From a virus, in IMG/VR virus record IMGVR_UViG_3300046003_004989, positions 32,001-96,000 of that record: a stretch of 64,000 nucleotides of DNA. One strand, written 5' to 3'. Shown one piece after another: positions 8,902 to 19,681 of this stretch (its first letter is position 1; every line of letters begins with the position of its first letter). The notes under the pieces were generated by a model. It was not told the DNA's origin and ran no database searches. It saw nothing but the letters and a program-made list of their open reading frames with translations. A program made the translations under genes and the position numbers.

Positions 8902-9337
8902 AGCTACATGTTTTTCTAATAGTTTCAACTTGTGAACCACTAAAGCCCATTTCTCTTAGAGCTTTTTCGCATTCAAGACCAACGTTGATTCTATCTTTTT
9001 CAACTGGTAAACCTCTAGAATAACCAACTGATTCTGAATATCCGTAATTTGAGATGAAAGCTTTACATCTTCTGATCATTTTAATTGGATCTTTGATAGC
9101 TTTTAATTGTGCTCTTGTCTTACCTGCATAAGGAGCTCTATTACCATAGAAAGAACTACCCATCCATTGCAAATCTTCTGCACGGTCTAGGTCTTTTTTA
9201 TCTGGCATGATTTTTGATATCTCTTCATCTGTCATAGATGATGGAATGACTGCTGATTCGTTGATAGCGTCATCTTGGTCAATAGATTCATTGATAGCGC
9301 TTCTATTCAAGAATTCGTCAAATGTAGTTAATTTCAT
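8900..9337 (-). CDS. Leader-bearing (variant) putative internal head protein
   Basis: MKLTTFDEFLNRSAINESIDQDDAINE. Confidence 0.65.
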   Translation of the reverse strand: MKLTTFDEFLNRSAINESIDQDDAINESAVIPSSMTDEEISKIMPDKKDLDRAEDLQWMGSSFYGNRAPYAGKTRAQLKAIKDPIKMIRRCKAFISNYGYSESVGYSRGLPVEKDRINVGLECEKALREMGFSGSQVETIRKTCS

Positions 9338-9348
9338 TTCTTTATATT

Positions 9349-9645
9349 TTATTTTTCTATAACGTCTATTACGGAATCTTCAGATCCTTCGTAGTCTACA
9401 TCGAAACCTGATGAATCTGCTAGATCAATAAACTGATCAAACTCTCTCCTAGGAAGAGAGTAATATGAATCTCCTTTAATATCTTCAAAATCTAAATTAC
9501 GAGCAAACTTATCATTTAAGATTTGATCTAATTTATCATCATCTACACTAAATAAAACAACATCACTGTGTTTATATGTAGTTTTCATTCTCGCTTCATT
9601 AACAGATTCATTTACGAACTCATCAAAAGTTGGTATGTAATTCAT
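9349..9645 (-). CDS. Leader-bearing small acidic protein
   Basis: MNYIPTFDEFVNESVNE; mature part D/E-rich. Confidence 0.7.
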   Translation of the reverse strand: MNYIPTFDEFVNESVNEARMKTTYKHSDVVLFSVDDDKLDQILNDKFARNLDFEDIKGDSYYSLPRREFDQFIDLADSSGFDVDYEGSEDSVIDVIEK

Positions 9646-9659
9646 TTTTATGTTTGATT

Positions 9660-10109
9660 TTATTTTGCAGAATATGCTATATGTTTAAAGAATCTTTGTT
9701 GTACAAAACTTTGTATGCTAGATATTGCAAACATCGATGTAAAATTACCTTTAAATTTTTGTTTGTTTATATCCAATGAGCATGTAAGATAACCTTTAAC
9801 TACGTTACCTTCAGTTATCATTACCAGTGCCTGATCAGAAGATATCGATATTTGTCCGATATTCCACTTATTTTTATTGTCTTTGATTTTTTTCCAAAGT
9901 TCGTTCATTGGATTTTGGACTTGAACGTCAATTGAACCGGAAACAAAATTATAACTCATATTATTTGTTGCAGATTGAACCTCTTCAGCTGCATCTAAAA
10001 TAACTTCCCAAATCATTTGAGCAGTTTCTTCAGTTAATCTAACGTCTTTTATTGCTTCATTTATCGTAGATTCATTTATGAATTCTTCAAAACTCGGTAT
10101 GTAATTCAT
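9660..10109 (-). CDS. Leader-bearing putative internal head protein (start revised from 10193)
   Basis: Internal ATG gives MNYIPSFEEFINESTINE, matching the leader family. Confidence 0.7.
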   Translation of the reverse strand: MNYIPSFEEFINESTINEAIKDVRLTEETAQMIWEVILDAAEEVQSATNNMSYNFVSGSIDVQVQNPMNELWKKIKDNKNKWNIGQISISSDQALVMITEGNVVKGYLTCSLDINKQKFKGNFTSMFAISSIQSFVQQRFFKHIAYSAK

Positions 10110-10210
10110 TTCTTTCTTTTTATTTTTATATCCTCTAAAAGGATTGTGATTGCAAATATTGCCAATATAGTGAATAATACTATTGGTGGACAAGTTGGGT
10201 CCTGTGACAT
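10106..10210 (-). CDS. 34-aa single-helix membrane peptide (not in the ORF track)
   Basis: MSQDPTCPPIVLFTILAIFAITILLEDIKIKRKK*, fills the gap and overlaps the next start by ATGA. Confidence 0.5.
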   Translation of the reverse strand: MSQDPTCPPIVLFTILAIFAITILLEDIKIKRKK

Positions 10211-10222
10211 TTTTCTATCTAC

Positions 10223-11518
10223 TTATTTTTTATAAGCAAGGATAGATCGGATTTGATGCAATGGTGCAAAAATTCCAGTGTACTTGTAAAGTTTACCTTT
10301 GAATAAGAATGTAATACCTTCAGTCGGTACAATTGATTCTAATCCACCAGCAGCAGAAACACGAGTTAGCTCATGTTCCATCTTTTCTACATCAACTTCA
10401 TCTCCATTTGTACGGATCTTAGAAATTGTAGAATCGATTTCTTTACGCATATCTTCAGCGGCTTTAGTAGGATTTGCAGAAAGGAAAGATGAAATATTTT
10501 TCATCATTTCTGTTCCAATTTCGAGGAAGATAGATTCAAGTGGTGCATATACTGCACGTTTCCATTTCTTAGCCATTTTCTTTTCAAGATCAGTGAACCA
10601 AGTAGCATTATCACCTAAGTCTTTCTTAATCATAGGAACTGAGTAAGACTTATCGATATCTGCTATTCTTCTAGCAAGACCATCAAGAGATTGTTCAGGA
10701 AGTGTGATTTTTGCTGAAGCAGCTTCAGCTTTAATGATATTCTTACCCATACCTAGTGCATAATCACCTACAGTAGAATTCTGAGAACAACCACTTTCTT
10801 TCATGATTGATGCCAATTTAGATTTGTAGTATGATGCTCTAGCTTTTGTATTAGGGAGTGGTTTTGATGCGATGTCTTGAGGACCTCTAACAAAGAATGT
10901 TTCTTGTGCTGCTGCATTTGCATCTGCAACTATTTTACCGAGATCTCTACCAGCTTGTTTATCTTCATCAATTACTTTTCCTGCTTCGTCATATTCGAGT
11001 ACTCCATGGAATACTAACATATTAAGTCCGTAAGGAACAGTGTTTTGAGTTACAGGTGTAATGATTTCAATAGATGCGAATTTCTTACCTTCTGCGAAGT
11101 ATTTTTCTTTGTCTTTAGGTGAAAGTGCTCCGATTGAAGCAGTTAGATCTTTCATTGCTGCATTATAAACAATTTCTATATCACCTCTACCAGCGAAAAG
11201 ATCTGCAACACCTTGAATTGTCATTGCATTTTCACCAGCATTCTTTAAATGAGAACCGTTTCTAGCAGCTATTAAAGCACCATTTTTCCAAGAGATGGAA
11301 AGTTGTTGACCGTCAGTTTTTTCTTGTACGAAGTTTTCAGGACCGAAAGCTCCATTAACTGTAGTCATTAGCATTTCTTCCAAATCCAAAAAGGTCAACC
11401 CAATATCCTCGAAAGGATGTGTGAGATGACCGTAAGCACCACCTTCATTTAAAGGTTCTACTTTAATGGATTCATTAAGATATGCTACAAATTCTGTAAA
11501 TTTGAGTAATTTTCGCAT
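10223..11518 (-). CDS. RNA/DNA-ligase-like (KxDG) nucleotidyltransferase, DUF6267-like, with leader variant
   Basis: MRKLLKFTEFVAYLNE...PLNE/GGAYGHLTHPFED; QEKTDG (motif I), EG-hydrophobic and YKYTG (motif IV/V-like). Confidence 0.6.
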   Translation of the reverse strand: MRKLLKFTEFVAYLNESIKVEPLNEGGAYGHLTHPFEDIGLTFLDLEEMLMTTVNGAFGPENFVQEKTDGQQLSISWKNGALIAARNGSHLKNAGENAMTIQGVADLFAGRGDIEIVYNAAMKDLTASIGALSPKDKEKYFAEGKKFASIEIITPVTQNTVPYGLNMLVFHGVLEYDEAGKVIDEDKQAGRDLGKIVADANAAAQETFFVRGPQDIASKPLPNTKARASYYKSKLASIMKESGCSQNSTVGDYALGMGKNIIKAEAASAKITLPEQSLDGLARRIADIDKSYSVPMIKKDLGDNATWFTDLEKKMAKKWKRAVYAPLESIFLEIGTEMMKNISSFLSANPTKAAEDMRKEIDSTISKIRTNGDEVDVEKMEHELTRVSAAGGLESIVPTEGITFLFKGKLYKYTGIFAPLHQIRSILAYKK

Positions 11519-11543
11519 TGATTGTGAGTCTTTTATTTCATTT

Positions 11544-11551
11544 TATATATC
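11544..11551 (-). promoter_or_regulatory. Putative late promoter GATATATA
   Basis: Recurrent GATA[ATC]ATA motif upstream of virion genes; resembles T4 late TATAAATA. Confidence 0.5.
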
Positions 11552-11574
11552 TTCGAAGAAGACATAAGACTCAC

Positions 11575-11805
11575 CTAGTCCTTTTTAGCTTTCTTTGCAG
11601 CCTTTTCTTCGGCTTTCAAAGCAGCTTTTTCTTCAGCGATACGTTTAGCTTCTTCTTTACCGAAGTCTCTTACGTTAGTTTTCCATTCAGATTTCGGACA
11701 AAATGTCCAACCTTGGTAAGCAACAGCGTGATCTGCTACTTTATCTTCTGATCTACGGTATTCAACCTCATTAGTTTTCGGGTTGATTTTCTTTAATGTC
11801 TTCAT
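11575..11805 (-). CDS. Hypothetical basic protein
   Basis: ORF track; GWTFCPKSEWK core and K/A-rich tail. Confidence 0.55.
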   Translation of the reverse strand: MKTLKKINPKTNEVEYRRSEDKVADHAVAYQGWTFCPKSEWKTNVRDFGKEEAKRIAEEKAALKAEEKAAKKAKKD

Positions 11806-11992
11806 ATTTGATGTATTTTTTGATTTCTATTTTAACTTGATTGTTTGTTTTTCGATCAATCAGAACGAGTAGAATTACATCATCTTTGGAGTCATCATGA
11901 GAATAAACTTCCCACTCAGGGGAAGTTATCTCTTTATCATTGATCCAAGAAGCAACCGTAATGTCTTCTCTTCTATTCAATTTTAGTTGCAT
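11771..11992 (-). CDS. Hypothetical protein
   Basis: ORF coupled to neighbours. Confidence 0.5.
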   Translation of the reverse strand: MQLKLNRREDITVASWINDKEITSPEWEVYSHDDSKDDVILLVLIDRKTNNQVKIEIKKYIKYEDIKENQPEN

Positions 11993-13230
11993 TATTTAGC
12001 GAAAAATTTCTTATTGTTTGTTAATCTCTCGATTTCCCATTCAGGTACGATACCACCCTTTTCTACTAATTTCCAAAGCTTTTTGAAAGTTTCTTCAGAT
12101 TCTTGTCTACGACCTGACCACCAACAAGAAATTGAATGTAGATCGTATATTTTCCAAGCATAGATTGCTCCATCTATGAATAGTGCAGATGTTGGCATTG
12201 GATTCTTACCAGCGAATTTCATAGCATGTGAGCTATAGATATATGCAGTGTCGAACTCCTTAATTGAATGATAGTGTAGAATGATAGGAATTAAGTGTTC
12301 TGTTCTATGAACGTTAGCTTTACCACATTTACGATAATCTTCTAGGATTTCATTAACTGGATAATTAAGAGCACCTTTCAAAGAAGCAACCATTAACAAC
12401 GAATAATAAACTTCTTCCCAGAATCCATCATTAATCATATTAGATCTTTTCTCGTACCACTCTAATGCTTTTGCTTGATTTTCTGGGGTTCCTGCATCTC
12501 GATAAGATTGAGCTAAATAGAATACCCAACGTGGATCTTTCTTCGGATCATTTTCTACATAATCAAGTAGAATCTTAGCATGACCTTCGTATTTTTGTTG
12601 TTGAGTTTCAGAAGTCCAAGAGTTACCATCTGGAGTTACTAAAGTCGTTAGACCTTCGGCTTCACCTACATGAAAACCGTTTGGATCGTCATTTACAAGT
12701 ACTTCGTGTACTGGACCGTACCACCTCCAAGGTGATGTCGTGCTAAAGAATTGCATACGGAAGTAATTCTGACCTCCATAAGAAACTTTAATATTTGCCC
12801 CTGTAAATTGTGTAAGATTTGCTTTAAACATTTGAAGATTGAATCGAGGATCGATAATCAATTGCTCATCGGCATCAATCCAGAAACCGAAGTCTGCTTT
12901 ACCTTCAACAGCTTTTAAAGCTGTATTACGAGCATCTTCGAAGTTTTTCCAAGGATGATCGATTACTTCTCCTGGAATATTTTTCTCTTCAAAGAATTTT
13001 CTGATAATGTCTTGAGTTCCATCAGTAGATCCTGTATCGATAACTACATAATAATCGAGAATAGGATAAACAGAGTTTAACATACGCTCTATTACTTTTG
13101 CTTCGTTCTTAACGATAATGGAAAGTGATACAGTAGCTGGTTTGCCTGTTGGCATTTTTGCTACTTGAGGTCTTTGTACCTGAGGCCTTTGATTTTGCGA
13201 GGGCTTACGCTTTTTGTTATTCTTCGCCAT
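11992..13230 (-). CDS. GT2 glycosyltransferase with C-terminal TPR-like helices (SunS/SgtA-like)
   Basis: IVKNEA, DTGSTDGT, WIDADE, GPVHE, FYLAQSYRD motifs. Confidence 0.85.
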   Translation of the reverse strand: MAKNNKKRKPSQNQRPQVQRPQVAKMPTGKPATVSLSIIVKNEAKVIERMLNSVYPILDYYVVIDTGSTDGTQDIIRKFFEEKNIPGEVIDHPWKNFEDARNTALKAVEGKADFGFWIDADEQLIIDPRFNLQMFKANLTQFTGANIKVSYGGQNYFRMQFFSTTSPWRWYGPVHEVLVNDDPNGFHVGEAEGLTTLVTPDGNSWTSETQQQKYEGHAKILLDYVENDPKKDPRWVFYLAQSYRDAGTPENQAKALEWYEKRSNMINDGFWEEVYYSLLMVASLKGALNYPVNEILEDYRKCGKANVHRTEHLIPIILHYHSIKEFDTAYIYSSHAMKFAGKNPMPTSALFIDGAIYAWKIYDLHSISCWWSGRRQESEETFKKLWKLVEKGGIVPEWEIERLTNNKKFFAK

Positions 13231-13420
13231 GTTTTGTTATTTTTGTTTCTTCTCCACGAAGTGTGTCTTCGGTTCCGCGAATTCTACCTTCATCAAAGGC
13301 GAATCCTACAATATCATAAAGCAATTCTCGGTCACGTTGAGTAGCATCAATTCTACCAATGTAAGCGTCGATTGCAATCTGTAATGCTGGAGAAACGTAG
13401 TCTAAGTTTTTAAATGACAT
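13217..13420 (-). CDS. Hypothetical protein
   Basis: ORF downstream of a CATATAA motif. Confidence 0.5.
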   Translation of the reverse strand: MSFKNLDYVSPALQIAIDAYIGRIDATQRDRELLYDIVGFAFDEGRIRGTEDTLRGEETKITKHGEE

Positions 13421-13475
13421 AGGAGTTATTTAGAGTTCTATAATTATATGAAGATATTTGGTTTTGATTCAACAC

Positions 13476-13507
13476 GAAAAGCAATAAACCGAAGTCTATT
13501 GCTTTTC
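13476..13507 (-). terminator. Rho-independent terminator
   Basis: gaaaagcaata-aaccgaagtc-tattgcttttc inverted repeat. Confidence 0.65.
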
Positions 13508-13526
13508 ATTGTTAAAATTTTAATTC

Positions 13527-14069
13527 TTATTTGATCCATCCATAATCGTCGATAGATCCATCATGCTTTAACTCTTGATATCTTGTGCCCTTATCGAAAA
13601 GAGTACCGAAATGTTTACCTTTATTAAAGAAGTAAATCTCTTCACCTCTACTAATATGTTCATAACGATCAAGCATATCTCGGAGTAAATTACTTTTCAA
13701 ACCTACTAGGATTTTAGTTTTACTTCCACTAAAATCTTTTACATCTTTCAATGTAACTGATTCATTTAGAAATTGTTCAAATGATTCAGTGAGTTTATTT
13801 AACTCAGCTTTATCATATGTACCGAAATCTTGATGAGGTAGAGTAGTTTTAGTTTGAACTTTTTTCACAGGATGTGTGAGTTCAACTCCTTCATAAGGAT
13901 CGGCTTTTACACCTCTCTTCTCCCAATAATCGAAGAAGTTCTTCCATGTTCCGTGATAATAGCGAATCTTTTCTAGATCGGAATCTTGTCCATGAGTCAT
14001 ATCAACTGTTTCTTGACCTGACCCCTTTGGGTTCTTTTCTGGTATTGGCATAATTTGAAATAACTTCAC
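13527..14069 (-). CDS. Hypothetical protein with an internal leader-like segment (start possibly 14051)
   Basis: Internal KLTESFEQFLNES. Confidence 0.55.
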   Translation of the reverse strand: MKLFQIMPIPEKNPKGSGQETVDMTHGQDSDLEKIRYYHGTWKNFFDYWEKRGVKADPYEGVELTHPVKKVQTKTTLPHQDFGTYDKAELNKLTESFEQFLNESVTLKDVKDFSGSKTKILVGLKSNLLRDMLDRYEHISRGEEIYFFNKGKHFGTLFDKGTRYQELKHDGSIDDYGWIK

Positions 14070-14229
14070 CTTTAAGATGAATGTTTAATTTTTTTATTCC
14101 TGCAAAATCTTCTTCGGTTTCCTTGATAATATCAAGTACTCTGACAAAAACCCCAGGTTCAACTTCTAAGATATCTCCAATTTGAAGAGAAGAATCAATA
14201 TCTTCACCTTCTTTAAAAAGTCGTATCAC
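14002..14229 (-). CDS. Hypothetical protein
   Basis: GTG-start ORF. Confidence 0.45.
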   Translation of the reverse strand: MIRLFKEGEDIDSSLQIGDILEVEPGVFVRVLDIIKETEEDFAGIKKLNIHLKGEVISNYANTRKEPKGVRSRNS

Positions 14230-14244
14230 GGAAAAAGGCTTTTT

Positions 14245-14451
14245 TTAAGCCGTAGGTCCTTCTTCTAATGTTTCGGTTTCAGGTTCTACTGGCTGAGATT
14301 GGCCATTCATTGCCATTAAAAAATCGATTGAAGATTTTACGATAATAGCGTCATCGAATGATAGAATTCCACTCTTTTGAGCTAATTCTGCTGTTTGAAC
14401 TAATACGGAGATTGCTTCTCCAACATTTTCTACTTGTTTTCTTTTTGACAT
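14245..14451 (-). CDS. Hypothetical protein
   Basis: ORF after CATATAA motif at 14470-14476. Confidence 0.55.
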   Translation of the reverse strand: MSKRKQVENVGEAISVLVQTAELAQKSGILSFDDAIIVKSSIDFLMAMNGQSQPVEPETETLEEGPTA

Positions 14452-14494
14452 ATGATTTGTTTTTAGAAGTTATATGATATTCTTGTTGTTTTGA

Positions 14495-15727
14495 TTAATC
14501 GTAGTAGTTTAGATTTGCAACTACTGCTCTAATTTTTGTAGATCCAGAAATTACTAAAGGTGTTACACATATCCACATAATATCTCGTGTTCCATCAATA
14601 CAAACACCCGGTTTAATCAAGTTGTCTAATAATTGGAAGTTATCTGTGGTTGCGGCATTACCTTTTCCAATATATGATTTGATGATATTTCCTGAAACAT
14701 TAACGGTCATAGTACCGTTACCTTGAGAGAATTCGACTGGAGTGTCTGGAATCTGAGTATAAGTAGGTGTACCACCTGTAATGCCAGGATTCATTTCAAC
14801 AGTAATTAGATAATCTGTACCTGTTACTTGATTCAATGCGAATAGAGAATCTAATACGATATTAGCACCTCTCCAATCTTGATCGCATCTATATCCGAGA
14901 AGTGGATATTTAACTCCAGGAGTTAGAAGAGTTCTTTCCGTTGAATTTTGTATCGATACTGCTTTAAGAAGTGCATTTTGAGAACCTTCTACAGCATAAT
15001 GAGAACATAATTGATGGAAAACTCCTGAACCTGCACCAGTTTGACGAATTTCATAACGGATAGGTTGATTAGGATTTGTCATGTAAGGATCTTCGATAGT
15101 GTTAGCTGAACAAACTTCACCAAATTGTACGAAACCTTCATCAGGTAGAACTAAACCGAAACGCATTCTACCAACACCTAACCATTGGAAGTCACACCAG
15201 AATAACTGATCTAATTGCCAATCTATAGTTAGAGGATCAAATTTATCAGTTCTCCATTGTGAGATATCAATGCTATAAATTTGAGTTCCAGTTCTCCAAA
15301 CCTGAAAAGTTATAGTATTTGTATCTCCATTGGATTCTAAAAAGAATCCATCTAAAGCTGTATTGTAAGGAGCCGTAGTACTGCTAGAAAAGTAACCTAC
15401 TCTCTTTATTACATTATCTTGAACGTGGAAATTCATAAATGTAGCTTCAAATAAACCACCTTTTCCAGGGGAATAAACTCCTCTAGCTTTAGTTGAACGG
15501 ATAACATAATCACCATTTAGTGACGTATCCATTTCAACGTCGGAATTAGTTGGAGTCCAAGTCGAAGTTGCTGATCCACCTTTAAGTTCATCGATAAGAA
15601 GAGGATTTTTATCGTAAACGTGTTTGATTTCTAGTATACTGTTTAATTGAGAAGTACGGAATCTGCTAAATGCATCAACCTGAGGAGTACCTTCAAATGA
15701 AACTGTATTATTAAATGCGTATGACAT
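14495..15727 (-). CDS. Putative virion structural beta-rich protein
   Basis: DAFSRFRTS and FQWLGVGRMRFG patterns recalled from large-phage proteins; lies downstream of the fibre gene. Confidence 0.5.
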   Translation of the reverse strand: MSYAFNNTVSFEGTPQVDAFSRFRTSQLNSILEIKHVYDKNPLLIDELKGGSATSTWTPTNSDVEMDTSLNGDYVIRSTKARGVYSPGKGGLFEATFMNFHVQDNVIKRVGYFSSSTTAPYNTALDGFFLESNGDTNTITFQVWRTGTQIYSIDISQWRTDKFDPLTIDWQLDQLFWCDFQWLGVGRMRFGLVLPDEGFVQFGEVCSANTIEDPYMTNPNQPIRYEIRQTGAGSGVFHQLCSHYAVEGSQNALLKAVSIQNSTERTLLTPGVKYPLLGYRCDQDWRGANIVLDSLFALNQVTGTDYLITVEMNPGITGGTPTYTQIPDTPVEFSQGNGTMTVNVSGNIIKSYIGKGNAATTDNFQLLDNLIKPGVCIDGTRDIMWICVTPLVISGSTKIRAVVANLNYYD

Positions 15728-15742
15728 TTGTGTATATTTATT

Positions 15743-17608
<1,866 letters not shown>

Positions 17609-17624
17609 TTATATTGTTCTTATT

Positions 17625-17960
17625 TTAGAATATTCTCGTACCAGAAAACTTAAACCATTGAGTGCCATTATGCACAAACATATCTGCACCAGTGGATCCG
17701 GTATTTCTAAATGCCATTTGACCTAAAGAACCAGCTGAGTTATAAGCGGTTGGTGGAGAAACTATAATATATGAACCCATATAAGTTCCACCAGTAGGTC
17801 CTAAAAGTCCAAATTTACCAGTCATACCGACAGGACCCATAAGAAGAGAGTCTTCAGCTCGATTATATGATGAGTCAATCAAATCTGTAAAGTATGATTC
17901 GGTTGCCATGTTTCCGTCTTGAAATTCGGCCTTAAGATTGTTTCTATTGATTACTGACAT
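17625..17960 (-). CDS. Short paralogue of the fibre N-terminal domain
   Basis: NRNNLKAEFQDGNMATESYFTDLIDSSYN vs [29 protein letters not shown]. Confidence 0.65.
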   Translation of the reverse strand: MSVINRNNLKAEFQDGNMATESYFTDLIDSSYNRAEDSLLMGPVGMTGKFGLLGPTGGTYMGSYIIVSPPTAYNSAGSLGQMAFRNTGSTGADMFVHNGTQWFKFSGTRIF

Positions 17961-17969
17961 TGTTTTATA

Positions 17970-18503
17970 TTAATTTGCGTAAAGTACGGATACTGAAACT
18001 GGATATGGAGATATGTTGTTTATCTTCATAGGAGTTGTTAATTGAGAATTTGAATTCAAATGAAACAAATCTTTCATAACCATGTGCTTATATGTAGTAG
18101 AAGTTGGCAATCCGATTAAGAAAGGAATTGTCATTCCAACGTATCCAGGTTGTTCACCTATACCAATTTCAATTAGCTTTTGTTCTTCTAATGCTGTAGA
18201 AGGCCAAGCAGCTTTTGCTAAAACATACTTGGAATATAAGTCAACATAAGCAACTTCTTCTGGTTGCAATAGAACTGTTACAAAATTGTAAGTATCTACT
18301 ACTTGAAACCAGCTACATAGAGCAAAGTCGTTAGATGTAAATAAAGTTTGTGAAGATTTGAATACGCTAGGCTTACATCCTACCCAACGTATAACTTTTC
18401 TGCCATCTGTATCATTACAACAAAAAGTAGATTGATTGTCTATTGTTTGTTGTGAGAAATGAGAAGCGTTAAGTCCTTCTACTGTAGTATAGATTTCTGT
18501 CAT
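17970..18503 (-). CDS. Hypothetical protein (fibre operon)
   Basis: ORF track. Confidence 0.55.
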   Translation of the reverse strand: MTEIYTTVEGLNASHFSQQTIDNQSTFCCNDTDGRKVIRWVGCKPSVFKSSQTLFTSNDFALCSWFQVVDTYNFVTVLLQPEEVAYVDLYSKYVLAKAAWPSTALEEQKLIEIGIGEQPGYVGMTIPFLIGLPTSTTYKHMVMKDLFHLNSNSQLTTPMKINNISPYPVSVSVLYAN

Positions 18504-18506
18504 TTT

Positions 18507-19346
18507 TTACATTCCACTGGTTATTCTACGGACTTCCTGAGGTGCTTCAGATTCTTGATCTCCCTCGATCGTAGGTGTTTCAGTTTTAGTATATTTATCT
18601 TCTCCCTCGATTTCTCTTAGTTTGTCTTCAATTTGTTTTTTGATTTCAGGATTTTTAGCAATAACCTTTGCTATTTTCTGCTCTGTCTTCTTAGATTTCT
18701 CTTTGTTAGACAGATTTTCATCTTCTTGAATGTTTTCTATCTCAGTTTCTAATGCTTCTAGAGTAGGATTCTCGGCAGACTCCTCGATAGCTTCTAAAAG
18801 TTCTTCAGATATTCCAAGTTCTTCAGCAGCTTCTATTCTAGCCTCTCTTTCAAGTTCCTCTTCAATAGCATGTTTAGCTTCAAATTCAGCTTTAATCTCT
18901 TCTGCATTAGAAGGACGGATATAATCAACAAGGGATTTGATGAATCCTAAAGCAACAAGTGGAAGGATAGCTCCAGAAACAATGGATAGTACACGTTTCT
19001 GGAATATCGGTTCTTCTTCAATCAGACCAAATAGTTCTGACCAATTTTTATAGTCTTCTAAATGAGTATAAGCGAAGTACATATTACCCATCATTTGCAT
19101 TAATGTGATGGTTATAAATAGACCCCAAACCATACTTTTACTTGTTTTATCAAGAATGATAATAGCTGCCAATGAAGCAGCAGCACCAACCTCGAAAGCG
19201 ATAGCTAATGTTACAGCTAACCAATCAGGATTAGATAATTTAAAGAAGTCTATCACGTGGATAGTGGAGATTATCGATACCATCGCATATAGACCTACGA
19301 ATATCGAGATAATCGACCATTTAATAATGTTGTCTCTTTTACTCAT
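18507..19346 (-). CDS. Four-helix membrane protein with acidic C-terminal tail
   Basis: Four hydrophobic segments, then E-rich coil. Confidence 0.65.
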   Translation of the reverse strand: MSKRDNIIKWSIISIFVGLYAMVSIISTIHVIDFFKLSNPDWLAVTLAIAFEVGAAASLAAIIILDKTSKSMVWGLFITITLMQMMGNMYFAYTHLEDYKNWSELFGLIEEEPIFQKRVLSIVSGAILPLVALGFIKSLVDYIRPSNAEEIKAEFEAKHAIEEELEREARIEAAEELGISEELLEAIEESAENPTLEALETEIENIQEDENLSNKEKSKKTEQKIAKVIAKNPEIKKQIEDKLREIEGEDKYTKTETPTIEGDQESEAPQEVRRITSGM

Positions 19347-19351
19347 TTTAT

Positions 19352-19654
19352 TTAATTTTCTTTTACGAAAGTGCCATTGACCATTTGACCTTTACGTTTA
19401 GCTATTACTCCATAAGATCCGTTAATACAATCTTCAATGTTATAGCCTTTTAATTTTGCTAGATTTGTCAGAACGACTACACAATCACCAATAGCGTCTT
19501 GAAACTCATCATCATTTTTCTTTAATAATGACATTGCCAATTCACCCATTTCTTCGGATAGTTTAGCAAATTGTGTTAAAGGATCACCCTTTTCATAGAT
19601 GCCTTTGTCTTGTGCCCATTCTCTAATTGAATGGAATTCGTTAGTTAAGTTCAT
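19352..19654 (-). CDS. MazG-like NTP pyrophosphohydrolase
   Basis: KLSEEMGELA...DAIGD, RKGQMVNGTFVK. Confidence 0.85.
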   Translation of the reverse strand: MNLTNEFHSIREWAQDKGIYEKGDPLTQFAKLSEEMGELAMSLLKKNDDEFQDAIGDCVVVLTNLAKLKGYNIEDCINGSYGVIAKRKGQMVNGTFVKEN

Positions 19655-19681
19655 ATAGTTATGTATCTTGTTTAAAATTGA

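Noticed and set aside
1152-10109. Regularly recurring ~40 bp repeats read as a CRISPR array or integron attC sites
   Set aside because: The repeats are degenerate, in-frame coding leaders separated by whole genes; no cas operon, integrase or attC-like structure is seen
13527-14229. Frameshifted single gene across 14002-14229 and 13527-14069
   Set aside because: The downstream frame has its own ATG (14051) and the overlap is modest; no clear slippery site; cannot be supported
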